Below, one piece after another: positions 24,560 to 64,000 of a stretch of 64,000 nt of DNA (within the stretch, counting starts at the first letter, position 1; every line of letters begins with the position of its first letter). The stretch spans positions 29,971,197 to 30,035,196 of the forward strand of contig NC_081356.1 in NCBI RefSeq assembly GCF_030684315.1, given 5' to 3'. Source of the DNA: Stegostoma tigrinum (lineage: Eukaryota). Both the position numbers and the translations under genes were made by a program. The notes under the pieces were generated by a model. That model was not told the origin of the DNA, ran no database searches, and saw only the letters and a list, made by a program, of their open reading frames with translations.

Positions 24560-25720
24560 TTAATTATATACCTGGCATTACCCCCTTTTTCAAATTAGCT
24601 GTTGCCATTTCTTTCCTCAAAAGCTCCTGACTCCTACATCATGCTAAATGCCACTCCATTTGGAAGCCTCTTCATCTCAACTTGTTGCCCTCTAATCTGT
24701 AACTTCCATGTCTTAAATCCAGATAATAAGCTTTTTAACCTTATCACTGCACCAAACTGTAACCTGTGACTTTTATTCAAGCCAAAGTAAGCTATTCTTA
24801 GTTTATTTTGCCTAGTCTCTGGCCTTTGACAGGTTGATCACAGAATCCTTTCTGCCTGCCACTTCTTCAGAGTGGGATCACATTCATTTAGCTTATTCAT
24901 ATCTAGTTGTAACTAGGTTCAGGTTTGGCTTTAATTGATATTTCTGTAGGGTTACTTTGGCATTCCCCCAAGAATCTGTCCTATACAGTGACTTTATTCA
25001 AGAATAATTTTTTTTTGACATGTGAATATTAAGTCCACCTCATGCCATCATACCAGTCTTGATTTCTGCACCATCTGGTGTCCCGTACTGGGCAAGCAGA
25101 AATTTCTGGCAAAATAAATATTGGGAAGACTGAAGTCTTGTTCACAAAATCTGCTTCCTAGGCACTAACTAAGTTCTTGCTGACTTCCGTCTAAGACGGA
25201 ACCTCCTTGCGACTTTGTGTTGGTGCCTCTCAAGATGAGTCTCCAAGCACATCCGTGCCCCCACATTCCCATCTAAGACCATCTCTTTAGATCTTTAACA
25301 TTACCTGAACTCTGCTCCGTCTCAGATGTTCTTTTGAACCTCTCATTTGCATCTGTTATGTCTACAGTTACCTATTCCAGTGTTCTTCTAACTGGCTTCT
25401 TACATTGTTCCTTCCATAAACTTAGTCTCCCAAAATTGTGCTGTAGCTGTCCTAAATTTCACCAAGTCCTCTTCACTGACCACTGGCTTCCAGGTAATGC
25501 AACAATTTTAAAATACTCGGTCCTATCATGCTTCTGTTTCTGTAATTTCCTCTGAGAACTCTACACCCCTGCAATTCTTGAGCAAACCCTAGTTTTAATT
25601 GCTCTTAACTTAGTGGTTGTACATTAATCTATTGTGGACCTGTGGAAATTTCCTTGATGCACCTCTCTCTGTTTCTCCTAACCCCTCTTGTAACGATGCA
25701 ATTGAAAAGTTTTAATAGGT
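24560..25720 (+). mobile_element. Old L2-clade LINE RT fragment
   Basis: Remnants of LDLSAAFDTVDH (gcctttgacaggttgatcac) and GVPQGSVL (ggcattccccaagaatctgtcct). Confidence 0.5.
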
Positions 25721-25844
25721 TTTTGTTCATGTCCTGTAAAATTCGTTGGTGGTTACTATCAAATTTTGTATTTTTAACCTGAAGCAGCTCATGGTGTGAA
25801 TCAATTATAATATTATTTTGTATTTTTTCAGACTGCTACTGTGA

Positions 25845-34772
<8,928 letters not shown>

Positions 34773-34936
34773 AAACAAGCCTTCTGTATGACTCCAAATT
34801 GTGTTTTTGTTTATGGAAGGCCTTAAGACTGCAACCTCAAATCCCTGTACATGTTTAACATCCATGGTTGCATTTGCTGTTATTGAATGATGCTTTTGTG
34901 TAACGTTTATTGGTGTATTCTACAAACTTGTATTTA

Positions 34937-34942
34937 AATAAA
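34937..34942 (+). terminator. DNAJA1: Candidate polyadenylation signal of DNAJA1
   Basis: AATAAA about 165 nt after the stop codon. Confidence 0.6.
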
Positions 34943-35049
34943 ATTATGCTTTTGGGGGCTAATTTCACTTGAGACTTTGAATGTTAGTTAACATGCCATA
35001 TTCAAGATTCTGCTGTGTATCAGACAGGTAAAAAGGGTTCTCCATGAAC

Positions 35050-35345
35050 TTTATAGACTTACAAACTGGATTGGACAAGATAGTGTGTTCCTGCTGACCA
35101 AGAGTGTTCTGAACCAGGGTCAAAATTCCAAAGCTACAGAAGAGTAAGAAAATGAGTTTATTCATCTAGACCCTGACCCTGTGGAATTCTGCCACAAAGC
35201 AGCTGAGGTCAAAACAATGATTAAAGAGCAGTTAGATTACAGTTCAAGACTAAAAGGGATCAAAAAGGTGAGGTAAAAGCGATAACAGGATACTGAAGTC
35301 AGCTGAGTGCACTGAATAGCAGAACAAACTTAAAGGGCTGCTAGA
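35050..35345 (+). mobile_element. CR1 LINE 3' fragment, decayed
   Basis: ctgtggaattctgccacaaagcag...gggatcaaa. Confidence 0.5.
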
Positions 35346-35609
35346 GTTTGAGATCTGGTGAAATGGTGCCAAATGGCACCAATATACAGCCAGAACAACT
35401 AGTTTTCCATTCCAATTAACATTTGAAAGTTAAATAGGGTGACATGGATGACTTGGAAGTGTATGATGGGTAAAGTAGAACCAATAGATTTTAGTGCTTC
35501 CAAGTAACAGTGAAGGTTCTATCAAATCCAGTGACCTACCTTATTGCAATCTTGGACCAAATATGGCCTAACTCTACTGACTATCCTTTTTGTGCTAGCT
35601 GTGACTGTA

Positions 35610-35756
35610 GATAAGGTGTAGAGCTGGATGAACACAGTAGGCTGAGGAGCAGGAAAGTTGACATTTTAGGTCAGTTTTCCTGCTGCTTGGACTGCTGTGT
35701 TCATCCAGCTCTACACCTTGCTATCTCATTCTCCAGTACCAGCAGTTCCTACTATC
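35610..35756. repeat. Palindromic PLE-pLTR module with collapsed centre
   Basis: aaggtgtagagctggatgaacacag / ctgtgttcatccagctctacacctt inverted arms plus tail ttctccag..ccagcagttcctactatc. Confidence 0.75.
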
Positions 35757-36924
35757 ACAAATTACCTGAGTTTTTCAGGCTACTGGCTAAAGCCCTAATG
35801 TTTGAGTTTCAATCACCTTCCTTCTGTTATGGAGTGTGCAATATTCAGTACTATTCACAACTGAGTGCAAACTGAACACTTAGTAGATCAATGTTGTGCA
35901 GGAGAAAGTGCCAGTCAAGCAGGCTGCATTCACTCCATCTGCTATTTTAGTCTATACCACCCTCAAGATACACTGCAACAACTCAGGCTCCTTAAACAGT
36001 GTCTTCCAGACTGATGACCTCTACCATCTCAAAGACAACAGACATAGATGAACTTTACCACAAACAAGTTTCCCTCCAACCAAGCACTATTCTGACTTGA
36101 ACTATGTCATCACTCCTGGAACTTTACTCCTAACACTAGTATTTCTAAAAGGTGAAGTTCACCACTATCTTAAGGACTAGCAATAAATGCTAGCATAGGT
36201 AGCAGTGTCCACGTTCCATAAACAAGTAGTATACGTAGATATGTGTAATGAGTTGGTGATACTAACATTGATGAGGATTATTAGACTGAATACAGTAGTT
36301 TGGCAATATATGTTAATGACAAAGAAAATTACATGTACAAAGCTCATGGGGCATGTAAACTGAGGACTGCAAAGGAGAGACGAGCAGATGAAATGGTAGA
36401 AGCAGCACGTAAAAATTCTCATGGGTACGTTGAGTAATTTAATGATGTCAAAAAGATTTTTGCAGTATTTGTGCAATACATACTATACGTTCCTTACAAA
36501 TTAATTCAAACATAAAGAAGTGTTGCTGTGACTTTTACAACTACACTTGGAATACTGTGCAATTTCAGGTCTCCAAGGATATGCTTGAATTTGAGAAAGT
36601 ACATTGAAGGTTCAGTAGAACAAGAGCATTGTTCTGTGAATGAGGTAACATTTGAAGCACTCAAGATTCTAAAGACTTGGCAAAGTAGACACTGGGTTCC
36701 ACTTATTGTGGAATGAAAATAAAAGACCACAAACAACTATTTTGTGAAATGCAGCTTTTGCATTGCTTACTCAAAGGTTAATAAGTTGAATTGGGTTTAC
36801 TTCAGTTTGTCATGCTGTTTAGGTTTGGTGCACAGAAATTCCAACAGTTAGCAATATCTTCACGTTGACAGAAAATAAAAGAAATCACCACTTAAATGAG
36901 TCTGGTCACCTTCAAAATGTTGCA

Positions 36925-36930
36925 TTTATT
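36925..36930 (-). terminator. SMU1: Candidate polyadenylation signal of SMU1
   Basis: TTTATT (AATAAA on the minus strand) about 265 nt past the stop codon. Confidence 0.55.
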
Positions 36931-37195
36931 TTAAAACTCCTTGCTGTTGAACTCTACAATGATCTTGGCTCTTCAACAAAAACACTGCAGAACCTTTTAC
37001 TATGCACATTAATTACATGCCTTAAAAGGTGCAGCAAATCTACATCAAACATTATACACTTGCAGTAGGGAATGTGTTTTTTGAAACTAAAATGGTGGTT
37101 TAAAATTGCACAAAACAGGATATTCTAAAGAAAGATTTGAGTTATAGCTATCAGTAGATAAAGGTTTAAAAAACAAAACCATTAGTACTATTCCT

Positions 37196-62582
<25,387 letters not shown>

Positions 62583-62799
62583 GTTGACCGGTACCCAGGA
62601 CGTTGCCTTCCTCCTTCACCCGACAAACACAAAAAAATGGTCCAAAGCAGCAAGTCCTAAAGACCCGCTGCTTCCAACAGCGGAGCTTCCGGTTTCCACA
62701 AACATCTACTTCCAGGGTAAGTGACGAAGATATCAGATCTCCACCAATCAGTGAAGAGAATCCTGTTACACACCATCAACTCTTAAATGGGAAGGACAT

Positions 62800-64000
62800 T
62801 TGGTTTAAGAGCAGAAGGCCTTCAGGAATAGGAGCAGGAGTAGTTTAACTGACCCCTTGAGGCTGCTCAGCCATTCAATAGGATTACAATTGATTTAAAA
62901 CTTTGTATATCCACATTCCTGATCTTTTCCCGTAACCCTTGATTTCACTACTGATGAAGAATCTATCTCAGCCTAAAATGTACATAAGGACACTGTCCTT
63001 AGAGCTCTCTGTGGCAAGGAGTTCCAAAGATCCACAACTCTCTGAGAGAAGAAACTCATGCACATCTCAGTCTAAAATTGACACCACTTAATTCTCAGAC
63101 TATGCCCACTGGTTCTAGACCATCCCAAGAGGTGAAACATAATCTCAGCATTTACCTTATAAAGCCTCTTAAGAATCCTATATGTTTCAATGAGATCACC
63201 GCTCAGCCTTCTAAACTCCAATGAGTAGAGTCCCAACACGTTTAGCTTTTGCTCGTAAGACAATTCCTCCATACTAGGACTCATCCTAGTAAACCTTCTC
63301 TAAACTACCTACAATAAAATAATACCTTTCCTTAAATACAGGAATCAAAACTGCTCACAGTATTCCAGATATGGTCTGACCAGCACCTTGTGCAATTGTG
63401 GTCGGACTTCCCAACTCATATACTTTAAATCCTAGAAATAAGAGCCAACATTCCATTAGCCTTCCTGGTTACTTGCTGCAAATTTAGAGTCATACAGCAC
63501 AGAAACAGATCCTTCAACCCATTTTGTCCATGCCAACTAGGTTTCCCAAACTCAATCAATACCATTTGCCTGCTTGGCCCATATCCTTTGAAACCTTTCC
63601 TATCCATATACCTGTCCAAATGTCTTTTAAATGTTGTATTGTATCCACTCTACCACTTCCTCTGGCAGATCATTCTGTATATGCAACAGTTTCTATGTGA
63701 AAAAGTTACCCACTAGGTCTCTTTTAAATCTTTCCCTTCTCACCTTAAACCTTTGCCCTCTGGTTTCAGACTCCCATATCCTGGGAAAAGACACCAGCTA
63801 TTCATCTTATCAATGCCCCTCATGATGTTATAAAACGCTATAATGTCACGCATCAGCCTGCTACACTCCAGGGCAGAAAGGTCCCAGCCTATCCAGCCTC
63901 TCCTTATAACGCAAACCTTCCAATCTCAGTAACATCCTTGAAAATCTTTTTGCACCCTTTTGAGTTTAATAAAATTCTTGCTATTGCAGGGTGAACAGAG
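62800..64000 (-). mobile_element. Two abutting/nested CR1 LINE 3' fragments (second begins at about 63486)
   Basis: LGLYSLEFRRLSGDLIETYRIL, QQVTRKANGMLA; reverse 3' tail agagtcatacagcacagaaacag at 63486. Confidence 0.85.

Overview
Eukaryotic (vertebrate) genomic DNA. The repeat content (HE1-type V-SINE, DeuSINE-like elements, dense CR1 LINEs) points to a cartilaginous fish, most likely a shark (inference). Three spliced housekeeping genes can be reconstructed from GT-AG boundaries and protein similarity. APTX (minus strand) has its first five coding exons at 343-6852 and continues off the left edge. DNAJA1 (plus strand) is complete: 8 coding exons, 398 aa, with an HSE-rich CpG promoter. SMU1 (minus strand) is complete: 12 coding exons, 513 aa. 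The APTX(-)/DNAJA1(+)/SMU1(-) order matches human chr9p. Introns and intergenic DNA are filled with CR1, L2 and RTE LINE fragments, SINEs and Penelope-like elements (PLEs). The most notable unannotated signal is a dispersed set of about a dozen short PLE-terminus (pLTR) modules carrying minimal hammerhead-ribozyme motifs (CTGANGA...stem II...GAAAC-GTH) from at least two and probably three families. Several are ORF-less 95-250 bp insertions, some folded as near-perfect palindromes, and several have their own 10-15 bp target-site duplications (TSDs). Coordinates were counted by eye; repeat boundaries are approximate.
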